Assembly: GCA_034666125.1 (NCBI GenBank)
Contig: JAXDML010000007.1
Span: 5,270 to 69,269, forward strand
Reading direction: 5' to 3'
Origin: Candidatus Parcubacteria bacterium
GTDB lineage: Bacteria > Patescibacteriota > Minisyncoccia > Phycocordibacterales > Phycocordibacteraceae
Length of the DNA stretch: 64,000 nucleotides
Shown here: positions 36,892 through 46,483 of the stretch, piece by piece
Layout: every line of letters begins with the position of its first letter
How positions within the stretch are numbered: the stretch's first letter is position 1
The notes under the pieces: model-generated
Seen by the model: only the letters and a program-made list of their open reading frames with translations
Database searches by the model: none
Told to the model about the DNA's origin: nothing
Program-made: the position numbers and the translations under genes

Positions 36892-38382
36892 CTAGGAAAC
36901 CTGTAGGGGCAGATACGGGTTCGACATCTGCGGTACAAGGATCAATGGATTAGAACGTAAGTCCCATCCATAGTTATCGTACAGGTCGCCTATCGTCTGT
37001 TCCCCGGTAAACAAATACCGGTTCGCAAACTCCGAGTCGCCTTCGGTCTGGCTATAGGTCGACTGACCCGCCTCCCCGCCCGCCATCACTACTGGGACAG
37101 GCATCCGTCGATCCATGAGTTGCTCAAGAAATATCATCCCATAGGTGCCTGCCGAGCAGGTTTCAAGGATCAGTACGTCCGTCCGGGCCCTCTCAGGGTC
37201 CTCCGCGTAGCGGGCGGCGAAAGCCTCGGCGAGTTCATCTACCCAGAGCACGGCTTCGTCAGACCCCGAGGCATCCTGGAATACGACTTCCTGGTCGTTT
37301 CCGTGCATGCTCAGGATCGCGGTAATAGGGTCCTCGGTCGTCTCTATTGCCTCGAGAAACTCCGCTCGCGCATCGACTGATGTCCGCCCTGAGCCCTCGT
37401 CTGCGGCGAATATATGCACGTCCTCGGAAAGTTCCTTAATCCTCGATACTTGGCGCTCATCCATGAAGCGACCCTCTTCTCCGGCGGTTGCTCCGTACAA
37501 AACGGTATCGTTAAGGAACTTGTTGTTTCGCCACCGTTCCCGCTCCTTTTCTATGGTTTTTTGAGCTGCTTGAACGCTCTGACGTGTCGGATTCTTTCCT
37601 TTGAAATATTGGTACCGCGCGACAGAAACGACGTCTTCCGCCCACTCGAACCTGTCTCTGTTCTCCTCAGGGGTAAGCAGACGGCTGATCGCATCGACGC
37701 TGTCCAAGCTTGGCTCGCCGAAGAGCGGAGCCAGCGGGTCGCCCCCGACCTCCTCATATTCCTCGTCTCCCGGAAAGGACTCGATGTTATATTCCTGACT
37801 TATCCCCGTGTTGAAGACAAGGAGTTCCTCGGCGTCGAGGTGCTCATAAAAGATGTCGGCCAGGCCAGGATAGTCTTCCAAGAGGACATTCATGACCCGC
37901 ATCTTTTGCAGCCTGCCGACGCTCCCGTGATTCTCGGGAAGCGTATCAAGGAACTTCGTAAGGGCCTTTGATTCCTCCTCAGAAAAAGAGTCCGGAGTTT
38001 CCAGCACGTTAGCAACGATGTAACTACTGACATACAGATAGGCGTTATTCTCCGCGTACCTCGTATCGAGCTTCTTAAGCACCTTTAAGATCCGGCTGAA
38101 TTCGTCGGGATGAGAACCTGGAAACGTATCGTACAGGCGTACGAAGCTTTCGATGGCGAAGAGATTAACCTCCGGGTCCTTTTCCCTTGCGCGTTCCACG
38201 TCCCGTACTAGGGGTTTGATGCTTCTTATGATCTGAGCTTCGGAAATGAGGCGAGTATCGCTGGTATCGGCCTTCGCTTCGGGAACATACGCGAAACTAA
38301 GGACCACGGCGATTACTGCCACTAAGCAGAGTGCTGGCCTTCGCGAACGTAGCCGACTGCTCAGACTAAAATTAGTGGGCAT
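36892..38382 (-). CDS. secreted protein with clan-CD (caspase/legumain/clostripain-fold)-like His-Cys dyad
   Basis: Signal peptide. ILSMHGND (H360) and VLILETCSAGT (C409) are 49 residues apart, resembling legumain DHG...EACESG. This is an AT-rich gene inside the pilus operon. Confidence 0.4.
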   Translation of the reverse strand: MPTNFSLSSRLRSRRPALCLVAVIAVVLSFAYVPEAKADTSDTRLISEAQIIRSIKPLVRDVERAREKDPEVNLFAIESFVRLYDTFPGSHPDEFSRILKVLKKLDTRYAENNAYLYVSSYIVANVLETPDSFSEEESKALTKFLDTLPENHGSVGRLQKMRVMNVLLEDYPGLADIFYEHLDAEELLVFNTGISQEYNIESFPGDEEYEEVGGDPLAPLFGEPSLDSVDAISRLLTPEENRDRFEWAEDVVSVARYQYFKGKNPTRQSVQAAQKTIEKERERWRNNKFLNDTVLYGATAGEEGRFMDERQVSRIKELSEDVHIFAADEGSGRTSVDARAEFLEAIETTEDPITAILSMHGNDQEVVFQDASGSDEAVLWVDELAEAFAARYAEDPERARTDVLILETCSAGTYGMIFLEQLMDRRMPVPVVMAGGEAGQSTYSQTEGDSEFANRYLFTGEQTIGDLYDNYGWDLRSNPLILVPQMSNPYLPLQVS

Positions 38383-38472
38383 GTAAGAAGCCTATGGGCG
38401 TGCGCTCATGCATCCACGGTAGCACCGGAACCGAATATCGTGTCCCGTTACTGGGGACAGTAGGACCTAGGT

Positions 38473-39681
38473 CTACGAAATACTGCCCGCCAGGTTATAG
38501 ATAGGAATGAGCACGGAAGCGAGGAGCGTACCCACGCCGAGGCCGAGGAGCACGATCATGAGCGGTTCGATGAGGTCGACGAGCGTATCGACGGCGGTCG
38601 TGACCTCGCGGCGGTAGAACTTGGCGAGGGTATTGAGGATATTGCCGAGCTCGCCGGTCTCCTCGCCGACCTTGATCATGGCGGTCATGATGCCCGGAAT
38701 CTCCGGATGCTGCCCGAAGGCGTCCGAGATGGAGGAGCCCCCCTTCACGGCTTCGGCGGTCTCCTTGAGCACGCGTTCGTACGTCGCGCTCCCCACGACC
38801 GAAGCGGTGATGTCTACCGCTTCGACGACCGGGACGCCCGACACGAGCATGGTCGAGAAGTTATCCGCGATGCGCGAGAGGTAGAGCTTCTGGTAGAGGT
38901 CGCCGAGGTACGGGAAATCGAGCTTGAAGCTGTCGAAGAAGAGCTTGCCCGCGGGCGTCTCGAGCGCGCGGTACGCGAAGACCGCCGCGATCACGAGCGC
39001 AAGCAGGATGAAGAAGCCGTAGTGGACGAGGAAGTCCGAGAGTCCGATGACGATCTTGGTATAGAGCGGGATATCCTGTCCCGACTCGACCAGGATCTGA
39101 CTGATGCGCGGGATCACCATCGTGAGCATGAGGCCCATTACGATGACGAAGACGCCGATGACGAAGGCCGGGTAGATGAGCGCGTTCTGCGCTTTGCTCT
39201 GCACCTCGTACGTGCGGTCGAGGTAGTCCGCGAGGTACCCGAAGGTCTCGGAGAGCTTTCCGGACTCCTCGCCGGCGTGCACCATGTTCACGTAGAAGTT
39301 CGAGAAGACCTTCGGGTGCCGCGCCATAGCCTTCGAGATGGGGCTCCCGCCCTGCAGATCGTCCGCAAGCTGGGTCAGGATCTCGGACAGGTACTTATTG
39401 TCCACCTCGGCGGCGAGCAGGCGGAAGATGCGGAGCGCCGACACCTGCGCCTCGAACAGCGTCGCTATCTGGCGCGAAAGGATGACGACGTCGCGATTCG
39501 ATACCCGCTTGAAGAAGGCGAGGTCCTGCGTGAGCACCGACTTCTTCACTGCGGGCTCGATGTTGGAGACGATGAGGTTGCGGCGCTGGAGCGTCCCCAC
39601 CGCTACGTCCATGGAGAGCGCCTCCACGGTCCCTTCCCGTTCGTGGCCGTCCCGGTCGAGTGCGCGATAGCTGAAAAGCAT
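38473..39681 (-). CDS. pilC: type IV pilus platform protein (GspF family)
   Basis: 402 aa with two T2SSF repeats and 3 TM helices. Confidence 0.9.
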   Translation of the reverse strand: MLFSYRALDRDGHEREGTVEALSMDVAVGTLQRRNLIVSNIEPAVKKSVLTQDLAFFKRVSNRDVVILSRQIATLFEAQVSALRIFRLLAAEVDNKYLSEILTQLADDLQGGSPISKAMARHPKVFSNFYVNMVHAGEESGKLSETFGYLADYLDRTYEVQSKAQNALIYPAFVIGVFVIVMGLMLTMVIPRISQILVESGQDIPLYTKIVIGLSDFLVHYGFFILLALVIAAVFAYRALETPAGKLFFDSFKLDFPYLGDLYQKLYLSRIADNFSTMLVSGVPVVEAVDITASVVGSATYERVLKETAEAVKGGSSISDAFGQHPEIPGIMTAMIKVGEETGELGNILNTLAKFYRREVTTAVDTLVDLIEPLMIVLLGLGVGTLLASVLIPIYNLAGSIS

Positions 39682-39684
39682 AGG

Positions 39685-40752
39685 TTACAGGTAGCGTTCG
39701 AAGGTCTTCGGGTCGAGGGCGCGCGAGTACGCGTGCTCGATGGTCACTTCCCCGCGGCGCACGAGCTCGGCGAGCGAACGGTCCATGTCGATCATGCCCT
39801 CTTGAGAGGATGTCTGCACGACGGTCGTGATCTCGTGGGTGCGACCCTCGCGAATGAGGTTCGCCACCGCGCTGTTGTTGATAAGGAGCTCGTACGCCGG
39901 GATGAGTCCTCCCGCGATGCGCGGCACGAGCCGCTGCGAGAAGATGCCGGCGAGAGAGCCCGCGAGCTGCACGCGCACCTGGCCCTGCTGGCTCGACGGA
40001 AACATGTCAATTATACGATCGATGGTCTGCGCGGCGTTGTTGGTGTGAAGCGTCGAAAGCACCAGGTGTCCGGTCTCGGCGGCGGTCACCGCGCTCGAAA
40101 TGGTCTCCTGGTCGCGCATCTCGCCCACCATGATGACGTTCACGTCCTCGCGGAAAGCGGCCTGGAGCGCGGCCTGGAAGCTCGGCGCATCCACGTGCAC
40201 CTCGCGTTGATGGATGAGCGACTTCTTCGCGTCGAAAAGATATTCCACCGGGTCCTCGATGGTGACGATGTGCTCGGCGCGGGTCTCGTTGATGCGGTCG
40301 ATAAGCGCGGCGAGGGTCGTCGATTTTCCCTGTCCGACCGGGCCCACGCACAGGAAGAAGCCCTGCTGGCGCTGGGTGAAGACTTCGAGGATGGGCGGGA
40401 GATTGAGGCTCGCGAACGTGCGCGTCTCGTGCGGGATGAGGCGCATGGCGAGCGTCACGCCGGTCTGCACGGTATAACCGTTCACGCGAAAGCGCGCCTT
40501 CTCGGTATGCGCGTATGAAAAGTCAACCGACTGCTGCTGCTCGAAGGTCGGCATGCGCTCAGGAGGAAGGAGCAGCTTCAGGATGGCGAGGGTGTCCTCG
40601 TTCGTGAGCAGCGGGTGCTGCAGGAGCGGCACGAGCGAGCCCGAGACGCGGATGATGGGGTTGTGCCCGACCGAAAGGTGGAGATCGGAGCCGCCTTCCG
40701 ATACGACGGTGTCGAGGAGCGTACTGATCAGTGCTTTCGGGTCGCTGCTCAT
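39685..40752 (-). CDS. pilT: twitching-motility retraction ATPase
   Basis: Walker A GPVGQGKSTT, Asp box, Walker B IMVGEMRD and a His box; 355 aa. Confidence 0.9.
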   Translation of the reverse strand: MSSDPKALISTLLDTVVSEGGSDLHLSVGHNPIIRVSGSLVPLLQHPLLTNEDTLAILKLLLPPERMPTFEQQQSVDFSYAHTEKARFRVNGYTVQTGVTLAMRLIPHETRTFASLNLPPILEVFTQRQQGFFLCVGPVGQGKSTTLAALIDRINETRAEHIVTIEDPVEYLFDAKKSLIHQREVHVDAPSFQAALQAAFREDVNVIMVGEMRDQETISSAVTAAETGHLVLSTLHTNNAAQTIDRIIDMFPSSQQGQVRVQLAGSLAGIFSQRLVPRIAGGLIPAYELLINNSAVANLIREGRTHEITTVVQTSSQEGMIDMDRSLAELVRRGEVTIEHAYSRALDPKTFERYL

Positions 40753-41135
40753 GCGGGCTTCTCGATTATCTTTATCGTCTCCGAGTACACTTCCGAAGGA
40801 ATGGCCGAAGCCTTGATGATGTATCCGTCGGCGCCGAGGGACTTCGCGCGCTCGAGATCCGCCTCGGCGCCCTGGTTCGAGAGCACGATGACCTTCGCCG
40901 TACCAGCGAGGCCTTCTTTCTTGACGGCTTCGAGCACTTCGAAGCCGTCAATGCCGGGCATGACGATGTCGAGGAGCATGGCGTCGGGCTTCGGGTCCTT
41001 GCGCAGGGCCTCGAGCGCGAGCTCCCCGCCCTGGAAGGCGGTCACCTCATGACCCGCGTTACGGAACTTCACAGCGTACATGTCGAGCAGGAAACGGTCA
41101 TCATCGACGAGATAGATGCGATAGGGCTTGGGCAT
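40749..41135 (-). CDS. single-domain CheY-like response regulator
   Basis: 128 aa with motifs DDD...D(ML)LDIVMPG...K. Overlaps the pilT start (ATGA). Confidence 0.85.
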   Translation of the reverse strand: MPKPYRIYLVDDDRFLLDMYAVKFRNAGHEVTAFQGGELALEALRKDPKPDAMLLDIVMPGIDGFEVLEAVKKEGLAGTAKVIVLSNQGAEADLERAKSLGADGYIIKASAIPSEVYSETIKIIEKPA

Positions 41136-41145
41136 ACGTAAATAT

Positions 41146-42903
41146 TTAGGGGGTCGGCGCGGTCTTCTCCTCCTCTTCTTCGTTCCCTTCGGCGAGGAAC
41201 ACGCCGCCGAGCGTACTCACCTCCGAGAACGGGATTTCGCCCCCGAGTGCCTTAATGATAGCATCCTCGCGCATGGTGAGCATGCCCTTCCCGCGGGCGG
41301 CCGCGTAGACATGCTCCTCGACCGGGTCCTTCAGCACTACCGCCTCGAGCTCCTTATCCATCTTCAGGATCTCGAAGACGGCCATGCGCCCGCGCGTGCC
41401 GTTCGGGCAGTCGTCGGTGGGCGTCGCCTCGTAGAACGCGGTGAACTTCGGGAGCTCGTCGCGCTGCTCCTTCGGCAGGTCGGCGAACTCCTTCTCGAGC
41501 ATGATCTTGATCGAGTCCGAGACCGGAAGCTCCTTCCCGGCGCCCGGGCACAGACGCCGCACGAGGCGCTGGCCGATGGCGGCGATCAGGGTCGGCGCGA
41601 TGAGATACGGGTCGACCCCCATGTCGATAAGGCGCGGGATGACCCCCGCAGCGGTGTTCGTGTGGATCGTCGAGAAGACTAAGTGCCCTGTCAGTGCAGC
41701 TTGAATGGCGAGCTGCGCGGTCTCCTTGTCGCGTATCTCGCCGACCATGATGATGTCCGGGTCCTGGCGGAGTATCGAGCGGAGCCCCGCAGCGAACGTA
41801 TAGCCGATCTCCGGGTGCACCTGCGACTGCGCGACGTTCGGTATCTCGTACTCCACCGGGTCCTCGATCGACACGACGTTCGCCGCCTCGCGGTTGAGCG
41901 CCGAAAGCATCGCGAACAGCGTCGTCGACTTACCCGATCCGGTCGGTCCCGAGATGAGCACGATGCCGTACGGGCGATCCAGGATTTCGCGGATGGTCGC
42001 GAGATCCTGCTTCGTAAAGCCCAGGGTCTCGATGGTCGCGAGGGACTTCGAACGGTCGAGGATGCGCATCACGACCTTCTCGCCGTACTGTGTCGGGAAG
42101 GTCGATACGCGGAAGTCGATGCGACGCTTCTCCACCGTCGCCGAGAATCTTCCGTCCTGGGGCTTCCGTTTCTCGTCGAGGCGCATCTGGGAAAGGATCT
42201 TGATGCGCGCGACGACCGCCGGATGCACCTTCCCGGGCAGTTCAAGCGACGTGTGCAGTTCGCCGTCCATACGAAAGCGTACGTGCGTCTTCTCCGGCGA
42301 CGGCTCGACGTGGATGTCGGATGCGCCTCCCTCCACCGCGTACCGGAGGATGGTCGCGACGATCTTCGTCACCGGCGCGTCCTCCTTGATGACCGTGTCG
42401 ATGGACTCGTCCCGGACCTCCTCGTCGGGCCCTTTTACGGGTTCGAGTTCCGAAAGCGCCTCGCCAACCTTCTCCGAAAGGCTTCCGTACTCCTCGATGA
42501 CCTTCGCGAAGTCCGCCTGGCTGATGAGAAAGACCTTGTACGGAAGACCGACGCGCGTGGAGATGAACTGGAGCGCGTCCAAGGCCTCGATGTTATCCGG
42601 GTCGGTGACGCCCACGGCGAGCGCGCCGTCCTCCACGCCGATCGGCACGAAGCCGTAATGCCGCGCCGACTCCTCGGGGATATACTCGAGCGCTTCCTTG
42701 CCGACCGCCGACTGCGGAGGGAGGGAACGCATGGGGATACCGTACCGTTCCGCCGCCCGCTTGAGCGTATCCTCTACGTTGATGCCGCGCTTCTCGAGCA
42801 GGGTCTCCACGGGAGCGTTACTGGTGCGCGCCTCGTCCGCGACGGCCTTCGCCGCCTCGACGGTCAACGCGCCCGATTCGGTGAGTAGGGTGAGGATATT
42901 CAT
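41146..42903 (-). CDS. pilB: type IV pilus assembly ATPase (GspE family)
   Basis: N-terminal GSPII_E_N domain, Walker A GPTGSGKSTT, tetracysteine (CPxC...C) and Walker B. Confidence 0.9.
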   Translation of the reverse strand: MNILTLLTESGALTVEAAKAVADEARTSNAPVETLLEKRGINVEDTLKRAAERYGIPMRSLPPQSAVGKEALEYIPEESARHYGFVPIGVEDGALAVGVTDPDNIEALDALQFISTRVGLPYKVFLISQADFAKVIEEYGSLSEKVGEALSELEPVKGPDEEVRDESIDTVIKEDAPVTKIVATILRYAVEGGASDIHVEPSPEKTHVRFRMDGELHTSLELPGKVHPAVVARIKILSQMRLDEKRKPQDGRFSATVEKRRIDFRVSTFPTQYGEKVVMRILDRSKSLATIETLGFTKQDLATIREILDRPYGIVLISGPTGSGKSTTLFAMLSALNREAANVVSIEDPVEYEIPNVAQSQVHPEIGYTFAAGLRSILRQDPDIIMVGEIRDKETAQLAIQAALTGHLVFSTIHTNTAAGVIPRLIDMGVDPYLIAPTLIAAIGQRLVRRLCPGAGKELPVSDSIKIMLEKEFADLPKEQRDELPKFTAFYEATPTDDCPNGTRGRMAVFEILKMDKELEAVVLKDPVEEHVYAAARGKGMLTMREDAIIKALGGEIPFSEVSTLGGVFLAEGNEEEEEKTAPTP

Positions 42904-42985
42904 CCGTTCGTAAAGTACGCTGCCATACGTATATATGAGTATACCGCGCGATGACGGCTGCCTGACTCCCTATTAACGGTCTTGG

Positions 42986-43282
42986 TTAACTCCCTAGCGG
43001 GCCGAACGGGTCCGTGCGGCCCTGCGGTTCCGGGACGACCTCGGTGCGGATGTCGACCAGATTCCTGAAGCGCTGATCGTCGAGGATGCGCGCGTCGAAC
43101 TCGATCGGGTCGAGCTGGCTCACGAGCGTGATGAAGGAAAGCTCGGCTTCGGTCGCGGGCGCGTCGGCCGAAAGCACGGTCTCGTCGGAGGACCTGGCTA
43201 CGAAAAAGAAGTAATAGAAGCCGCCGAGCAGCACGACGACTGCGCAGATGATGGTGAGGAGGTTCTTGCGGGAGAGGTGCAT
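42986..43282 (-). CDS. small membrane protein within pilus operon, hypothetical
   Basis: 98 aa with one TM; sits between pilO and pilB. Confidence 0.4.
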   Translation of the reverse strand: MHLSRKNLLTIICAVVVLLGGFYYFFFVARSSDETVLSADAPATEAELSFITLVSQLDPIEFDARILDDQRFRNLVDIRTEVVPEPQGRTDPFGPLGS

Positions 43283-43290
43283 AAGGTTTA

Positions 43291-43866
43291 TTAGCGGAGC
43301 CAGTAGAGGCGTATGGTCATGTCGTACTTGTAGACGCCGGTCGGGGAGTCCTGGACCGAGACCGAGACCACGTCGAGCAGGCGGAGGCTCGATTCGATGC
43401 CGTCGAGAAGGGTCCTGAAGGCCGCGTACGTACCCGTCGCGGACACGGTGATCTCGAGCGAGTCTATCGGACCGTCGGACGTGAGCGAAGCCGTCGGATC
43501 GCCCGGCGTTCCGGCGTTCTGCTGCGGCGTGGTCCCTACGTTGCCCTGGCCCGTATCGAAGTCCGAAAGCGTGACGCCCGAGCGCGCGGCGAGGGTGTTC
43601 AGGTCGAGGATGATCTGCACGTTGTCGACGCCATCAGGAAGGAAGCTCGCGAGACGCGCCAAGCCGTCGGAAGGTATGTTCGACTGCGCGACGATGAGCT
43701 GCCCTTCCCGCTCCTTGAAATGCTCCGCCGCCTGGAGCGCGCTTTCGTAGCTGTCGATCTGCGCCTTCTTCTCGGCGATGCTGCCCGCGCGGGTCGGGTT
43801 GATATAGCCGAAGAACAGGCCTACGGCGATCACGAGAGCGACGATGGGGAATATGCGGGACATCAT
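43291..43866 (-). CDS. pilO: PilO-like inner-membrane pilus assembly protein
   Basis: TM, coiled coil and a C-domain; synteny pilM-N-O. Confidence 0.6.
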   Translation of the reverse strand: MMSRIFPIVALVIAVGLFFGYINPTRAGSIAEKKAQIDSYESALQAAEHFKEREGQLIVAQSNIPSDGLARLASFLPDGVDNVQIILDLNTLAARSGVTLSDFDTGQGNVGTTPQQNAGTPGDPTASLTSDGPIDSLEITVSATGTYAAFRTLLDGIESSLRLLDVVSVSVQDSPTGVYKYDMTIRLYWLR

Positions 43867-44573
43867 GGTGTGAGTGCGGGCACGGACGGAAGCGCCGGGG
43901 TGCCCGTAGCGGCGGGAGTCGTCGTCGCGGGCACCGTCTGTAATGGCGTGGGTGCGACCGCAGGAACGCTCAGCGTATCGGCCGAAGGCGCATCGGTGCC
44001 GATGGACGTGACGAGCTTCGCGTCGAGGTCGGCGGTAAGCCTGAAGTTCACGGTCTTGTTCGGGTTCACGATGATGCCCGAGAAGATCGCGCGACGGATG
44101 CCCTTCTCGGCGGCGAAGGCGTTCGACTGCGCGGCGAGCGCGTTGAAATTCCGCGCGGTGCCCTCGATCTCGATCTGCGCCGTATGATCGTCGGCGACGG
44201 TCAGGTCGAGGTTCGTAAAGCGGACGCTCGCGAGGGTCTGCGCCTCAAGTACGTCGAAGACCTGCGAAAGTGCGATATGGTTCCCGAGGAGGTCCCGGCC
44301 GTACGTAAGGCGGTCGCGCAATCGGACGAATTCCTCCACCTGTTCCTCGTTGACCTGGCGCTGCGCGATTGCGAGCTCTTCGGCCTTCACTTGGAGCGCG
44401 TGGGCCAGGTAGCGGTCATAGGCATAGGTGCCGGCTGCGGCGAGGATCGCGAGGCCGAAGACGAACATCGAGATGACGAGGAACAGGTTATGCCCGCCGC
44501 TCTGCGCGCGGCGCTGGTCGGGCGTCGACTGCCTGGGTACGAACGAGGTCGGAATGCCTGGAGAAAGGGCCAC
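43863..44573 (-). CDS. pilN: PilN-like inner-membrane pilus assembly protein
   Basis: Short cytoplasmic N-terminus, TM, coiled coil and a Pro/Thr-rich tail; synteny. Confidence 0.6.
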   Translation of the reverse strand: MALSPGIPTSFVPRQSTPDQRRAQSGGHNLFLVISMFVFGLAILAAAGTYAYDRYLAHALQVKAEELAIAQRQVNEEQVEEFVRLRDRLTYGRDLLGNHIALSQVFDVLEAQTLASVRFTNLDLTVADDHTAQIEIEGTARNFNALAAQSNAFAAEKGIRRAIFSGIIVNPNKTVNFRLTADLDAKLVTSIGTDAPSADTLSVPAVAPTPLQTVPATTTPAATGTPALPSVPALTP

Positions 44574-44665
44574 GAGGCTTAGTATACGCTAGGTATCCGC
44601 AGGCTGCAGGCGCGTTATGCACAGGGGTAGAGGAACGACAGGTTGTCCAGGATGATATGGGAGAC

Positions 44666-45274
44666 CTAGCTCGAAAGGCTTACGATATCCGCGACAATTT
44701 CCGATAGCTCTTCTCCATTGAAGTGACCATCAGTATTGAATACCCGTGTTTGAGCCTTAGGAAGCTCGGTACGATACCGTTCGAAATTGGAAAACGGCAC
44801 TATTTCATCATCTTTGCTGTGATAGATATATATCTGTCCTCCCTGTTCCTGAAACTCCTCGAGCGTTCCGAGTATATTGAAGTCGGCACGAGGATGTTCC
44901 GTAAGAGTGTTATAAGGAGTAGCGACGAGGAATGTCGCTCGAATCTTTCTGGGAAAGTCATTCTCGGCCAAGTATTTCGCAAGGAAGATACCTCCAAGCG
45001 AGTGACCTATGAGAATAATTCCGTCCTCCAGATACGGAATGAATTTCTCAAACCAGATTTTCCATTCGATATATCTCGCATTTTCCTTATTAGGCATCTG
45101 CGGGTTATACACGTCATAGCCAGCTCCTAATTTCTCGCCAAGAGAGAGTTTCCAACTTCTGCCTTTGCCTCGTAAATACTCAAGATCAACCTCTTTCTTT
45201 TTAAGATGCTCGAGATACTCCTCGTACGAGTTTCTGGCGTGCCCGCCATGAATTACAAAAACCTGGATTTTCAT
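44666..45274 (-). CDS. alpha/beta-hydrolase (RBBP9/YdeN-like serine hydrolase), AT-rich gene
   Basis: 202 aa with a GHSLGG nucleophile elbow and a C-terminal DGHF. GC is far below the flanking pil genes. Confidence 0.7.
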   Translation of the reverse strand: MKIQVFVIHGGHARNSYEEYLEHLKKKEVDLEYLRGKGRSWKLSLGEKLGAGYDVYNPQMPNKENARYIEWKIWFEKFIPYLEDGIILIGHSLGGIFLAKYLAENDFPRKIRATFLVATPYNTLTEHPRADFNILGTLEEFQEQGGQIYIYHSKDDEIVPFSNFERYRTELPKAQTRVFNTDGHFNGEELSEIVADIVSLSS

Positions 45275-45291
45275 ATTGGATAAAGGTGTTG

Positions 45292-46380
45292 CTACGCGCG
45301 CTCTTCCAGCTTCCGCAACGCCAGCCCGACGGCGACGGCAAACTCGGGGCCGATCTCGGCCAGTACAGGACGCATGAATGCCGGGGCTTCGGCTTTCTTG
45401 AAGGGATCGGCGATCGTAACGGGAATCGAGAAGAACTCCTTCGCGTAGGTACCGAGATCCTTCGTGACCCCTCCCCCGCCCGTGAGCACGATGCCGCTGA
45501 TGCTTTTCTGATTGACCGTCTCGAATTGCGACATCACACGGCGGGCTTCATCGAAGATGCGGGAGAATACCGCCTCGATGGTACTGCGATCGTATGCCGG
45601 CGCGGTCGTACTGAACCCATGCTGTTTCTTGAGGCTTTCCGCCTGTCCTATGGAGAACCCGTGCGCGGTCGCGATGTTGCGCGTCACGTCCTGGCCGCCC
45701 TGGGGGATGTTGTGCGAGAAAGCGACCACGCCGTGCTCGACGACGTACACCTTCGTCGCCGACGCGCCGATGTCGAGCACGAGCACCGGGAGGACCTGCT
45801 CGTCCACGACCGAACGTATCGTGCTGAAGATCTCTATCTCATAGAAACTCGCTGCAAGGCTCGCACCCTGCACCACGCCCTCAAGGAGCTTCAGCTCGTC
45901 GTTATGCACCGCGACCACGAGCACCTTCATCTTATCGGGCGGTTGTGCGCCCTCGGGGAGCGGCTCCGGGATGACGAACCAGTCGAGCTGGACCTCCGAC
46001 ACCGGTACGGGGATGTACTTGCGCGCCTCAAGCTCCACCATCGTGCGCTGCTCTTCCGCGTCGTCGCGTCGCGGGAGCGTGATGAGGGTGAGGAGCGAGC
46101 GGGAGAACGGGATGGAGATGCCCGCATCGTTGGTCGTCACGCTCGACTCGCGCAGGAGGTCGCGGAGCGTCTCGGCGATCTTGTCCGCAGTAAGATTCGT
46201 CGCCTGTCCCACTTCGCCGCCGGCGTAGGGGCCGAGCGCGAGCTCGCCGTATGTCTCGAGCACGGCAGTCTGGCCGTCAAGCCGCAGCTGCACGACCTTC
46301 AAGGACGAGGAACCGACATCGACACCGATGACGCTCCTACTTTTCTGCTTCCCGCCGAATAGTCCGGAAAAAAGACCCAT
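45292..46380 (-). CDS. pilM: type IV pilus assembly protein PilM (actin-like ATPase)
   Basis: 362 aa; MGLFSGLFGGKQKSRSVIGVDVGSSSLKVVQL shows an N-terminal PilN-binding peptide plus an FtsA/actin fold. Confidence 0.85.
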   Translation of the reverse strand: MGLFSGLFGGKQKSRSVIGVDVGSSSLKVVQLRLDGQTAVLETYGELALGPYAGGEVGQATNLTADKIAETLRDLLRESSVTTNDAGISIPFSRSLLTLITLPRRDDAEEQRTMVELEARKYIPVPVSEVQLDWFVIPEPLPEGAQPPDKMKVLVVAVHNDELKLLEGVVQGASLAASFYEIEIFSTIRSVVDEQVLPVLVLDIGASATKVYVVEHGVVAFSHNIPQGGQDVTRNIATAHGFSIGQAESLKKQHGFSTTAPAYDRSTIEAVFSRIFDEARRVMSQFETVNQKSISGIVLTGGGGVTKDLGTYAKEFFSIPVTIADPFKKAEAPAFMRPVLAEIGPEFAVAVGLALRKLEERA

Positions 46381-46483
46381 GCGGGGATTGTAGCATTTCG
46401 GGAGGGGGTTCTGCCGCAGGAGTTAACGCTTTTCTGCATCGCAAGGCACGTTCTGCACCTATATGATAGAGGACTGCGGTACT

